Notes under the pieces: generated by a model
Seen by the model: the letters and a program-made list of their open reading frames with translations, nothing else
Database searches by the model: none
Told to the model about the DNA's origin: nothing
Part shown: positions 36,558-49,777 of the stretch, piece by piece
Layout: every line of letters begins with the position of its first letter
How positions within the stretch are numbered: the stretch's first letter is position 1
Translations under genes and position numbers: made by a program
DNA from: Phoronis australis
Taxonomy: Eukaryota > Animalia > Phoronida
Direction of reading: 5' to 3'
Assembly: GCA_002633005.1 (NCBI GenBank)
Contig: NMRA01000216.1
Coordinates: 406,441-470,440, forward strand
Length of the DNA: 64,000 nt

Positions 36558-39500
36558 TTATTTTATTTTGCATTTTGTGACCAGTAACACCAGTGCAGGG
36601 ATGTTAGTACACTGGACACTACAAATACTTTCCAATTCTCAAAACAAAGCAACAGTCATTGTAATTCTTAGTCATATTGATGGAACTCTAATGGGAAACA
36701 CTGGTAGCTATGTCACATGATATGAAAGGAAAAGTAGTTCTTTCATATTTCACCATTGAACAACAGAGCCAAATCATCACACATATATGATAAAAATAAA
36801 TATTGAATTTTAAGAAACAGCAAATGAGCATTAATATTTATAGATAATTTTTTGAAAAAATATAAAAATTATCTGTTAATCTGATATGAAAATAACAAAA
36901 ACTTACAGGATAACGAATGCTATATTTGGCCATGATTTAGGTTGGATTTGTCTGCAGGCAAATAAAAATTCTATCCTATTATAGATTAGTTGTCAGACAC
37001 GTTACCTAACCTAACCTTTAATACAATAAAATTGATTAGCAAAGGATGTAGCGCAGACAGGTTAAAATAATATCCCCGGACACTATGGTGGAGGGAGGCA
37101 GAGCAGACAATCTGAAGTCATGTCTGCGCACTCTGATGATGGTAGCTGTGATACAAAACTTGAACAAGGAAGAGAATTTACAGCATTTTGATCCTCCATA
37201 AGTTTCATGCAAAAATGATTAATCAAAATTTCACTAGTCGGCCATATTGTATCCTGCATTGGCGTATGTTAGCAAAATGTTGAACAAAAATTCTCCGGGC
37301 AACGACCTCCAAGACTACAATTTGTAGCCATCTTAGAAGTTGTTGCACTTCCTAAATGGTTCTATAATACAATTTGATCATGCAGTAAGTGAAGATTAGA
37401 GACAAGAGCTTATCTAGGTACTCAAGCAATAACCCGATATACTCAACCTTCACTTAAAATTACCTTAAAGTTCTTGTTAAACTTAACTTTTGTTTAACGG
37501 CTACAGAAATCTTGATACAAGTAGCAACATGGCGTTATTTTTTATTAAATTTTAAGTTCACAGTGGAACGACTTTCTGTATAAACAACTGACTTGCAATA
37601 AGTATAGATCACAGCTTACTTCTTGAAAAAAAATTGTACTCCAAATTTGTATAACCCTTAATAATTCTAGATCGTTATCAACAAGTAATTAGTAGGCAGG
37701 AACATACATAAAAATATTAAAATCTTTATCTATATCTGTTTTACATTTATAATTGTAATCTTGTATATATTATTGAAATTCTTGCTGCATTTGTTGATGT
37801 ACGTTGTATATGTTTATTAAAATGTGTAATTAAATATGTGTATTTATCTATACACATTGATATCTATGAAATAACGCCATGCTTTCTGCATGACGCCTTC
37901 TGTATTTATCTCTAACATCTGTTCCGTCTGTTTTTCGGAATAAACAAAAAATAAAATCCAAATAAAATCCTAGTCTCCAGTGAAACCAAATAAACCCCAT
38001 ATAACCCGTTGTAGTTGAAGTCTATCTACTATTACCCCCACAGTATCCCAAGTGTCCCCATTAAATGATTTGTTCTAGTAATAATAAGATCCAATCACTG
38101 ACACAATGCAGATGAATGGGCAGATGAATAGACAGTGCTTCTGATTAAATAATGCACAGCAGTTCTCTTGGGACAACAATAACATGCATGGTTTGTGCAG
38201 GAAATTGGTACACATAGAACAAACAGTCTCCATTAGGCGTTACCATATTCCTCCAGGTTACAGCCCATGGTGCTTAAATTGGGAGACTCCAAAATCAAAC
38301 GATGGGAGTCAAGCCTGGATTTTATGAATTTTGCAATGTCAGATGTGAAAAGCTTACTCGGATGTTTAACTTGAACTACAACCAAGCTGTCATATTTCAG
38401 CCAGATTTGTGTAAGAATTTATCAACAAGTCCACGCATTCTGCCAAATATCTACAATACTGCAGAAACTAAATGTACAAACATACATATTTTCTGAAAGC
38501 ACAGATCCAGTAGACTTGGTTGGATATAAGCAAGTTGTATGCAGACATGGGCACCTTTAAGCAACAAAAAGTCAGGACTTAGAAATTGTGGGTATATAAC
38601 TTTACACAAGACATTTTAAGGTGAAAATTAAAAAAATTCAGTGGTATGAGTTTATAGCTGTAGGTGGGCATTAGCACAGACAAGTATGGTAATTTACATA
38701 CTAAACCATCAAGCACTCAGGTGTAAAACCTCTCAAAACACGGATTTCCACGAAACGGACAGAGATCGATAACACCCAATAGAACACCGTAAACATTTGG
38801 ATTCGGGCACGTGTTCACATACGTGCCCATCCCCAGCTTTTGAACATTTTCGGATTAAGCGCCCACTGCACAGTTAAGCACCCAGTTTCAACTTCTGATC
38901 GATTTCAGTAAAATTCCCACTGCTCAGGCTAAAGCCCACCTGTAATTTACTTTAATAAATTGATTTTAAAAATAGCAAGGGATCATTTCAAATGCAGCCA
39001 GATCAATTATGACTCAGTCACTACGGATATCGTATTTTGTTAACGTCTTCTGCAGTGTAGTGAATCAAGAATGACCAAATAGATGAAATTGACACTTACG
39101 AATAATATGGTGGACACAGAAATTCATTCCACACTACACAAAATTTATTTTTCAAAAAAACAGGGGGCCAGCTTGTTTTACTCGGGTGAGAATTTTACAA
39201 GGATCCCATGCTCAAGAGTGTGTCAAACGTATGGACATGCCCGTCTGGACACAGCTTTAGAATAAAGTTAGCCAAATGCTGCTCAACAGGCAGTTATATT
39301 TTATGTTCAATGGAAACAGAATGGAATTGTGGAATAAAAGTTGCTCAGTTTGAGATGCAATATGCTTTGACTGGTCTTAACTAAAAATATTAGACCTCAG
39401 ACCATGGTCTCAAAACAACTTTTGCAAGAGACATAGTTATATGCTCTTCCAAAGCAATCTCATCATTTTCTAATTTTTTGTTTGAACAGAATTTGTTTGC

Positions 39501-40825
39501 AGGATAAAATGCCTGGACTGTTCCACTACGGCCGGCCATATTGTTTCAGCAGTTGAAACTAAATTGCTGAGGCAAGCCAACTTCTTGTCTCAGAAATAGA
39601 ACCTAACAGTCAGTTCCTGTCCAGCCTAGAACTCCTTTTTAACCTGAGGACGGAACAAGATTAAACCGATTTTAGAAGAGTGAATGGCCTTAAAACTTAT
39701 TTCTTTGCCAGAGACCACCACATGACCCACCACATTATACATCAGCTCCATCAACGAGACATTTGGAGAGATTGTTAGCCAGCAAGACTTACATGTGGTC
39801 TCAGAAACAATGCAGCACATGCCTTATTGTTGCAGAGCACATGCACAACATCCAGCTTCTAACATAGCCACGACATGAAGAGACGCATTATTCCTAGACC
39901 CATTATTGCTAGAGGGCGATAGCTATAATGCGGCGAGGTGAAAGACAACTCGTTAAACACTGGATGCGGAAGTCTGCTTCCTTTAGCACAGCTGCAGAAA
40001 TGCCAAGAATGTTCAGGTGAGAAATTGCAACACTCCAGGAGACTGTGATATGGTCTACCAATCAGCTATACACAGACTATTTTCATACAGCAAGTACTAT
40101 AATGCCATAACAAACAGTCCCACTGTTACAGAACAAGAAAATAGACAGACTTTAGACATTTGTTTTTATTTGTATTAAAATACAAAACAAATGCAAAAAT
40201 CTTCCCAAAACATGTGACAGTAGTTTCTTTAAAAGGGCATCTGTCTCAAAATTGACAAGGACAGAAATGGATTAATTTGTGTTCTGGTAGGTCCTAAAAA
40301 TAACAAACAATGCACCGCACAGAAAAAATACAGACTACTACATTAAAATTGCACTGCACCAAAAAATCTGTGAAAATGTTGTATATTTTTCAATTACAAG
40401 TGCTCTGAGAATTTGCATCTTCTCAAAAGAAACTACTGATGTAAAAAACAGTTCATAAGCTTCATAAACAATGTATTAACAGAAAATACACAACACCGGT
40501 ATGTTCCGTTTAGCAGTTAGATCTGGAAATAAGTTGACCGGCTAGATATGTCAGCAACTATGCAGAAGAGCAAGAAACGGTTCTTAGGCAGGTAGGAATG
40601 AAATATCTACACCTGTTATGATAGGTGGTCACCTCAACATTTTTACACGCCTGATTTGAGGTGAATGCAGAACAGGCAAACACATGGTGGTGATTCCCAG
40701 GCAAAGGAACCTGTAACAGGACATCGCCTCAACTAAACAGTGAATGGTAGACAAATCTGTTTACTTGTAATCTTGTAGGTTACATGCAAGGTACACTTTT
40801 GTAACAAAATGTGTACACATAGTTA

Positions 40826-41026
40826 CCGCAAAATGTCACTAATTTAGATAAAAAGAATTGGCAAAATTGAAATTTCTCAATTTTAAAAAGCTGGTGAGGT
40901 TGCTGTGGTGTAGATCTTTACAAAAGATAAAACGTTTATTTGCTATTACTTATCCTTAACGAAAAATTTAAAAGTAGAATTTCACTTTTCGACAGTATCA
41001 TCTCCTAAATTGGCGAGATATTTCCT
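40826..41026 (+). mobile_element. TA-target MITE family D copy
   Basis: ta|ccgcaaaatgtcactaattt ... cctaaattggcgagatattt, similar to 49164-49416. Confidence 0.65.
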
Positions 41027-41207
41027 TAAGCTAAATCCATTATTTTTTTGGATTCCCTAGTGTTGAAAGGCATGCTGCCAATCACGGGATGCCTAGTTCA
41101 ATTTTAATGGTGTAATGACGCCTAGTTAAATTTTAATGGCGCAATGACTGTGGTTAAACCCAGAAGGAAACTGTTTACACTACGAAATCATGTGCACAAG
41201 TTTTACA

Positions 41208-41421
41208 CAGTAAAATCTCAGAAATTTAGGACTCAATATGGCCGACAAGTGAAATTTTATATTTCATGTTTTCACAAAAGATTAGTGACACAAAATAAAT
41301 GCTAAGATCTATACCCTAGCCACCACCTGACGATTTTGAGAAATAGTGGACATCTACAGCTTCTGGAAAATGAAAAGACCAATTTTTGCAATTATTTTTG
41401 TCTGAAATTGGAGACTTTACA
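41208..41421 (-). mobile_element. TA-target MITE family D copy, inverted
   Basis: cagtaaaatctca...aatatggccgacaagtgaaatttt...aattatttttgtctgaaattgg is the reverse complement of the family D layout. Confidence 0.7.
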
Positions 41422-42139
41422 TAAACAAGATCTCAGTAATAACATTGACTTAAAAGTCAAGTTGTTTGCAAAACTGAACACACTTTGGTAAGTAAGAATT
41501 TTGAAATTGATATGCAATCCTGGAGTTCTTCTTCAAAGATCTGATTGGCCACCATTGAAGCCTAAGTGAGAACACTTTGCTTGTATGCTTATGCATAAGA
41601 CACATCACATTTACCAAAAACACAAAGAATGGCGATTAAGCTTGATCTTGTAAAACATGTGTCGCAACTGAGACAGAACATCGTTCATACAACGGCACTC
41701 GATATTAATTATTGCCGGGTAAAAGTCATGAATAAACAGTAACTTATCATAAAAAGTCTTAGTACGTAAACATGGCATAAAAATTCTATTAGACAAATAA
41801 GACATTTTCGATAAGCCAATCAAACGTATAAACATTTATGGGAAGCACAATCTGTTTTAATTAAGTCTTTGTTTCCTATTAATCGCAGATGACAGACTCA
41901 TTGAACAGTCTAGTACGATCTTGGCTGATTCAATCAATCTACCTAACAACAAAGTAGTTGATTGCTCTAGGCACTTAAAGCAGTTTCCACTCCCTGGATT
42001 TTCATAACAGTCAAACGCACAAGAGCATAACCTGACAATTTTATACAGAACCTATTTATTATACAGGAAGGTGGCGCAGTTAATTAGACTTAGGGTAGTT
42101 GAACTTGCTCATCATTCTATTCGGCAACAATTTTTAATA

Positions 42140-42396
42140 TGGTAAAATTTCACCAATTTCGAACGAAAATAATTGCCAAAAATTTTATTGTTCATCTTTC
42201 AAAGGCTTTCGCTCATGGCTGAGGATGGTCACAATTTCTCAGAAACATTGTCTGGCAGTAGCTGTAGTATCGATCAACTTTCAAAATGATAGAGAAAATA
42301 TTTGGTACAACCGGTACGTATCTTTTACGAAAAAGGGACCAAAATAAAACTTCACTCGTCAGTCATATTGTGTCCTAAATTGGCGAGATTTTGCTG
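42140..42396 (+). mobile_element. TA-target MITE family D, full-length copy
   Basis: TIRs ggtaaaatttcaccaattt / aaattggcgagattttgctg. Confidence 0.8.
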
Positions 42397-43523
42397 CAAT
42401 CCAATCATTTATTCTTTTGTACGAATTATTGTTTCGACAGGAAAAATTGCTTGTTTCACAATTTCTCTATATTACTCAAAATTTGAGTTTTCACAAGAAA
42501 GTCAAAGTTTAAAACATGTCTACACATTATTAGAACAATTCTCAATAGTCATGTCTTGCAACTCTAGGTTATTATATTGACCCCAAAACCCACTCCATAT
42601 GTATTGCATAACACCTGTGTTTTGAGTAATGGCTGTATGCTTTGAATCTTTTGATTAATCTCACCAGGTGAGCCCAAAAGCCTGTTCAAGTTTCAGAACA
42701 TGCAGTCATGAAAAATTCATTTCTCAGTATCAAAATATGCCTTGAAGGCATGGTAGACTTCATAGCCAGATTGAACTTAGTTCTGCACACCCATTTTAAA
42801 TGTTTACTTTCTCTGGACAGGTTTTCATTTAAAAACGATCCCGTAGGTCTAATAGAAATTGATAAAATTAGAAAAAAAATCAGAACAAAGAGGATTTTGA
42901 AACTTTAAAGCACCGTGCTTTAAATTAATTTGAAGATACTTAAGTAAAAACAAGTTATCACAACAGGTAACACTTAGAACTCATTTTTTGTATAATTATC
43001 TAATTTTTAATAATGGTAAATAGCCTCCCGCCAAGTTATGCGTATATAAAAGGTATAATTCAAAAGGATACTAAACCCTACTTTGATGATTTCAACCAAT
43101 CCTCGTTGTGTCACCTGCTGATGCATTATTGGCATCAATCGTGAAAGATAAAAGCAGGTCTGGAATTACTTAAAAATTCATGCTCCCTTTGTCATAGATT
43201 GAATATTATAGTTCTTCCTGGGTGGTCTTTACTCACAGTTATGGTGTAATTGGCTTTTTCTAAAAGCATAGGTTATGCTTGCCGTTTAGAAGACTTTGAA
43301 AGGAGTTTTCATTTCTCCAAACTTTTGAGGGTTGTCAAGGGTTACAGAGCATTATTTTGTTTCAGAGAATTGAATGGGATTAAGTCATTTTTAATATCTG
43401 TTAACAGGCCAAAACTGGATTTGGTATCCTTTTAATGCTCCAGTATAATTTTTTAAATTCACAATTTACTACAAACGTCAACACTTTAATGAATCAGAAT
43501 TATTTTACTTGGAATTAACTTAC

Positions 43524-43639
43524 CTTTTTCCACCTAATTTCATAGACATACATGACTTCCAGCGGCGTGGATGAGCTTTTGTTGATTTCAAGTTCCGCAG
43601 CGAGTCGCGAAAAGACCGGACACTTTGCGACGATATCAT
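43524..43639 (-). CDS. RAP1GAP: Candidate alternative first coding exon of RAP1GAP (38 codons + AG)
   Basis: TGA TAA lie in frame upstream. Encodes MISSQSVRSFRDSLRNLKSTKAHPRRWKSCMSMKLGGK with a consensus donor AAG|gtaagt in phase 2, in a CpG-richer patch. Confidence 0.65.
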
Positions 43640-43755
43640 ATTGTCGGAGACGGTTTATCAAAAACACGTAAACAAATGAGCAGACATCAGAATTGAAGTT
43701 AGCAGACAGCTATTATTCGTCAAGGAGTGGAGACTCTAGATGCCTTGAAGTCAAG

Positions 43756-43778
43756 TTCAGTTCAGTTCAGTTCAGTTG
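43756..43778. repeat. (AGTTC)n microsatellite about 120 bp upstream of the 43639 ATG
   Basis: agttcagttcagttcagttcagtt. Confidence 0.8.
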
Positions 43779-44261
43779 CTACGCAAACAAATACATCTTT
43801 CATGTTATTGCAACTGTATATATAGAGAACACATAAGTTTGACTGATATTTCATATCTCAAAATCATTAGCTTTACAGCCGAGGGTCTACGACTATTGAT
43901 CCGATGGCGTGATGGAGATTTTCTTGCCAATTTGAATACACCCTAATTATCTCAGAAGCAGACGTGACGCTTCGTATCAAGTCAAATGATCATTAGAGCA
44001 AATGTCCATTTGACACTCAATATCCAACAATCAGTTTCTTACATCACCCAATCGCTAATCAAACGGCGTGGCGGACCAACAGAAGCTGAACAAAAAAATA
44101 GTCACGATCAATCTTTGCCAGTTCTCCGCGTAAAAATAACAGGCAACACGACTCAAGTCGTCTCGAGTTTAATTTCACAACTTTCTAATTCATGAGAAAG
44201 CCACTGTGAATCTGAATGCAGAGATGACGATTTCCACCAGGTTTATATACATCAGTTCTGT

Positions 44262-44302
44262 TCATCATTATCATCAACATCATTATCATCATCATCACCA
44301 TC
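44262..44302. repeat. Imperfect (CAT)n microsatellite
   Basis: tcatcattatcatcaacatcattatcatcatcatcaccatc. Confidence 0.85.
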
Positions 44303-46554
44303 AGCACTGTAATATCAACAGTATGGCTTCCTGGCAATATCATTCACCATGATTCGGACACCTTTTTACCAGAACACTCCAGTAAACTGTATACCTGTCT
44401 GACCAGAGCAGCCAGTGCATAGAATTTTACGTCTTCCTTCCAGCTGTCACAATGATATTGATTGGTCGACTTTGACTGCAGCCAGCAGCCTACTCAGTGG
44501 TGCTGGTTTCGCATACAAACTAATGAAATCCCAGCTCTCATATATTTCCCATACCTCAATACCTACGACCATCAAAATGTGCTTAGTAACAAAGAGCGTG
44601 GTTCATTTATGTAAGAAACCTGCTCTACATTTGAACTACACAGGAAAAAGGTTCACAGCTGCTGCTGTTCAAACACAATTGTGGCAGATTTAAATTTAAT
44701 GAGCTTGTAAACCTCCAAAGGAATCAATAGCTTAGAAATATGAATTCAGCAAAGACCTTCACAACACCATTACTGTAGTTTAACACAACATAGGCAAGCC
44801 ATCTAAATTTGAACTTTGAGTGTGACCAAGTCATTTGGATGCATGCCTTGGCAAAGAATTTACATAGCGCAATAAACATATCAGAAAGCTATTAAGAAAT
44901 GGCAACCTAGGTATTAAGGACTGTTACCCTCTGCAAATGTTTCACAGTGAAATTCTTTAATAGATAAAGAATAGCATAACAGGTATTGGTCTACACTCAA
45001 TTCCTTTTCAGTGAAATCTGTGCCTGACATCTAACATCAGGTGATAATGGTAGTAAAAAGAAGGATCCTTACCCATTTTCGCTGGCATCAGGTAACGCTG
45101 AGTGAAAAAGATCCAGATTTTCTTTTAGAAGATATGGAAAACTATAAAATTTTGTCTGACAACATCAATTAAAAAAGAACAATCAGAACCAATTGCAATA
45201 TTTTCTTTGACCGTAAAGAAGAGTCTCTCCAACTGACACCAAACACAGAAATATGCCAGAAAAAGATGAAATTCCCACATTTTATCTGCGATTTGGAATA
45301 ATCTCACCTCTCAGGACAAGAGGCAGACAGGGCGATTTAATTTTCTCACACATTTTCATAAAAGAAAGACAGCGCCAAATTATTGCTTTAAATTCTGTAC
45401 AGTAAAAGCACTGAAATACTAAGTGTTTCTTAATAACCAAATACGAAAATAAGACGATCACGACCTTAAATTTTTAAAAAACATAGCCACTTTTTCCAAG
45501 CAAGAACTTTTAACGAAACTCAAAAAAAAACATTTTAATTGGTTCAACTAATGCCATACCAGTCCTGTTTACCCTTTCGTTGTTCTTTGAATAATTGAAT
45601 TTGGGCATGAAAAAACTAGAATTGACAAAAGAAAGCACCACATTACAAAAAAAAATTTAACTTTGCATATGTCTGAAGAAACATGCCAACTACTGAGTAT
45701 GGCAAACCCGAGTAAATTCAGGTATGAAATGTTATTGGATGCACTGGACAGAAGTCTGTGTTTGTCTTTGTCTATCTGATTAAGAATTGTGCAACAGAAT
45801 GTAACATGAAGAAATGTTATTATACAAGGTGGGCCAAAAATGTTGCCCGTTCTGACTGTACATATTCTTCACATTTGAATACTTTTTAAAAAAATACACC
45901 ACAAAAGCATGAAGCTTTTCAGTGATACTCTTCTCTTAGTTTGTCACTACATGTGAATACCACTGTAATCAATGACACCAGTGTGGCTCAATGACTACCG
46001 TGCGGGCATGTATGACGGAGTAAATTCATCGATACTGAGGGGGGCAGATCAACAAAGGAGGCTGCACCTGGACCCAGAATCTCATCTTCTGCAAATTAAC
46101 GACAGAAGTGTTCATCATGACTGAAAAAGATTAAGAATACGACATCACAGCAACAATTTTGGCCCACCCTGTAGCTTGCTTTTAAACATATTCCTCAGCA
46201 CCGATTTGCAACATGATTCCGAGAAAAATCATTAGAGCAGGTCACTGAGAAGACTCTCTTGTTCCGATTTAATAAAACTACAAGGTAAATCACTTAGCAA
46301 ATATTCATAATTAGAAACACAATATAAGTTATTGAACCATAATTCACCAGTCGCCACTTGTGCAAACAGCAAAATGTCAACGAGACGAGAAGTTCGTGTC
46401 CTGAAGTGCCTAGATCTAGATAATTCACCAACACACACATTGACGCTCAGTGATCAGAATTGTACTTGAGAGATTCATTAGATGACACGTGTCAATAATA
46501 TGAGCTATCCTGGCAAGATGCAATAGCCATTTTTCGATATATTGCCAATTTAAT

Positions 46555-46690
46555 GGAATATCTCTTGCCACTAGATGGCGATAGAGTAGTTTGTGGACGG
46601 CATTCTGCGCTCTTGCATGGAAGTTTAATCAAGTGAGATTTGCCAACATTTTGTATGAATTTCACACGACCATCATGCTGTCAAACTGCT
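46555..46690 (+). repeat. Dispersed repeat fragment (sister at ~51178-51300) containing a CTCF-like core
   Basis: cttgccactagatggcgatagagtagtttgtgg...accatcatgctgtcaaactgc aligns by eye with cttgttgctagatggcgctagagtaattggtgg...accatcataccatcaaattgc. Confidence 0.55.
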
Positions 46691-49163
46691 AATGTTAATG
46701 GTTCCCAGGAAAATATTCAATGTCTCAAAATCGCTCTGACTTAGAAGAAACTACATTTCATCTCTGTCTACATCGTCTGCCTTGTACACTGAAATCAGTT
46801 CCAAAGAGTTCTATGTTGAGTGTTTCTCATCTAAGGCATTGCTAAACAGAACAGAACTAGAAATGTAATGTGCACAATTTCCTAAAGAGGTCACCACAGT
46901 CGCACAAAACACATAGCTTGTTTTCTCAGCAGATAGAATCGGTGATTAGCAGAACTGAACGTTTGCACAGACTGGGAAATGAAATACAACAGAAAAAATT
47001 AAATTGCTAAGATTGCATTAAGTTAGCGAGCAGACACACTTGTCAATCATCTGAACTAAAAGATGATGGAGCCTGGAAAATACAAGCAAAGGCTATGCAA
47101 ACACTGGACAGCATTAACAGCAGTTAACCTTGCATGGTTACGTGTCAGTGAGAGCAACATTTTGAGGTGCTCACAAATGGGTAGAGGCATCCCTGCATCC
47201 TGTCACCATTTTAGAAATATGCTACAAATCAACAGCACTCATCTGGCTTCCCCGGACTAGACCTCCAGCCACACTAGGAAATTTCAACAACGCAATCTGT
47301 CTATCACAACGGAGGACCACCATTTACATATTGATCAGAGACCAGTTTGAATGTTTTCATGAAGCCGTGAACTCAGTTAGGGTCATAGGAAGTGATAGCC
47401 AAGAATCTGAACCACCACATCACTTGGAGACCTCACGCTACTGGTGACTTGCGTACCCGCGCTACACGATGAGTATTCCGATTTCACTGATCGGGATGCA
47501 GAAATGTAATCAGTTTGACAATGACAACAAGGGGAGAAAGTTGGCAGACCAAAGTTTATAGTCCAGCTCTCTCATTGCCCGCCTTCAGATAATCTTGCAA
47601 TTATGTTGTAAACAGCATGCCTGATGCTAACTGATACATAAAAATACAATTTCCAAGTGATGTTGAACAAATGTCCAGACGAAGATGTGTTTTGTAAGAA
47701 ATACTATCACCAAAAAACAACGGAGAAAAACAGTTGACATTCAGAGAAATTGGACTTAACTTCCACCTGCTGATTCCTTTGTGAGACTGTAAGCTCTGAT
47801 TCCCTTACTACCACAGCATTGTGTACCAACACAATAGGCTTGTTTGTTAAGTTTAATCAAAGGCAATACTAGATCAGATGTGATGTTGGAAAATTCTTGG
47901 TTTTAACCAGTCCAGGGGAATATGACACACACAAATTTCCATGAAATCCATCAAGTCGTGTTTAAGCCAGTAAATGGTACAATGAAGAGGAAGAAGGACA
48001 TCTATTGAGCAAAATATGAATTGCTCCACATTACTGCTAAATTATAACCAAAGGATAAGAAATTAAGGGAATGTAAAAGAGAGCCTATGCAGTACCTCAA
48101 AAGAGGTCAAAATCTATGTATCAGGAAAAAGTTGTCAACAGATTTCTCCAAATGAATTTATATTGCAATCTCAGGTACAGAAAGTTGTCACTTCTAATTA
48201 CAAAATCAAAAGTTCTGATTTGGTTCTAAGATAAACTATTTTCCAACAATACAGAAGCCATATGTAGTCAACTACCAAAACCAGGACCCAAAAGCGCACA
48301 TGCAGATAAAGAATGCAGCCATACAATACACAATAGTGAGCAATCCTCTGCACCGGTCTTTATCAAATTACTTAATTGTTGTACAAATTTTCAGGAGTCA
48401 AACACGCAAACATAATTTGGGAAGTTTCCCAGCTTACCCAAATCATTACTAATATGACAAACTACCAGAGCCACTGTTCTAACCTAGTCATTCGTCATTC
48501 TGCATACCCACCATTGTTCACATTGGTGCCGTTTTCATGTGGAAATTGGTGAAAATAATCTCATGTTTGTAAATCAAGCAAATATTTACTAGGGAAAATT
48601 TTCGCATCAGGACACGAATTAGCCTGGATTCTGAGCTCCGCCAATTTTTCCTAGGTCATTACAAGAGGGGGGGTAATTCATGATCTACCTCAGGTTTGCT
48701 GACTGTTTAAAAATTCTGACCAGTATTTGTATCGTAAAACCACTGATGCGTGCACCATGCGTTGTACTGCAGTGTAGTGTCGGTGTTGGCCAATAGGGGC
48801 AACATAACTTTTCGGTATTCATGAATCTTGTGAGGTCAAGACCGTTTGTGGAAATAATCCTGTGTATTTATCCGAAAATATTTCTAGGATTTCAAACTAT
48901 ATGACACCGTCAATACTTGGGTCAACTATTTTCCTAATGTTATTTTTTACCCAGTATTCGTTCTTCAATCTCTCATTGGCCATTTTCAAAAGCTGGCCAC
49001 TTTTCATTTTAGACGTCTATTGAACCCATGCTATCAATTTCCACATCCCTATCAAATATGACATCTGACCCTTCTGTTCAGTTTACTGGGATTTGGTGAG
49101 GTAAAACGAAAACGGAATCTAACTTTGTCCTTCAGCTTGGTCAGATCCCCCTCTGTTGGACTA

Positions 49164-49416
49164 GGGCAAAATCTCACCAATTTCGGACAAAAATAATTGC
49201 CAAAATTGGTCTTTTTTCATTTTCCAAAAGTTTCTAATATTGTTTTAATGTCCACAATTTCTCAAAAAACATTTTCTAAAGGTAGGTACAGTATGCCATA
49301 GACCTTTACAATGGTATAGCATTTATTTGGTGCTACTTATCTTTTATTTAAAAAAATGTAAACATAAAATTTCACTTGTCGACCATATTGCATCTTAAAT
49401 TGATGAGATTTTACTA
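49164..49416 (+). mobile_element. TA-target (Tc1/mariner-like) MITE family D, full-length ~250 bp
   Basis: ta|gggcaaaatctcaccaattt ... aaattgatgagattttacta|ta, with ~20-bp TIRs. At least 7 related copies occur in the window. Confidence 0.8.
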
Positions 49417-49744
49417 TAACAGTGGGCAACCAGTGGGAGTGCCTCCTCTGGCTATATGTGAAATAACAGCCAAAGGTCACGTGACCACATAGGTTTAGGC
49501 GAAAAATCTTGTTGTTACTATGAAATATGACGGAGGGTAATTGAAGCCGCCATTACAAATGCATAGTTAACAAAAATATTGCAATTATAACTAAACGTTT
49601 AATTTCCTCTTGTAAATTTCCATATCCTCAATCAATGAAATTTCACTTCTCCGTTTACTTCAAATTTAACACCAGATTTTTGAAAATTTATCATTACACG
49701 CGAAATCGAAGACACGGTGTGGTAGAATGGGAAAGTAATCTTAC

Positions 49745-49777
49745 CTGTAGTTCTTCAGAGTCAGGGGAGCGTCACAT
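49745..49777 (-). CDS. RAP1GAP: Candidate 33-nt RAP1GAP microexon (phase 2-2)
   Basis: Strong acceptor atttgtttttgtttccag| and donor CAG|gtaaga. The only open frame is (R)CDAPLTLKNY(R), which is phase-compatible with the neighbouring exons. Confidence 0.68.

Noticed and set aside
44395-44420. MHWLLWSD+AG phase-2 mini ORF as a further first exon
   Set aside because: Weak donor (gtatac), very short, and within chance expectation.
45308-45359. ATG-donor ORF MKMCEKIKSPCLPLVLR
   Set aside because: Ends in phase 1, and no compatible downstream exon was found.
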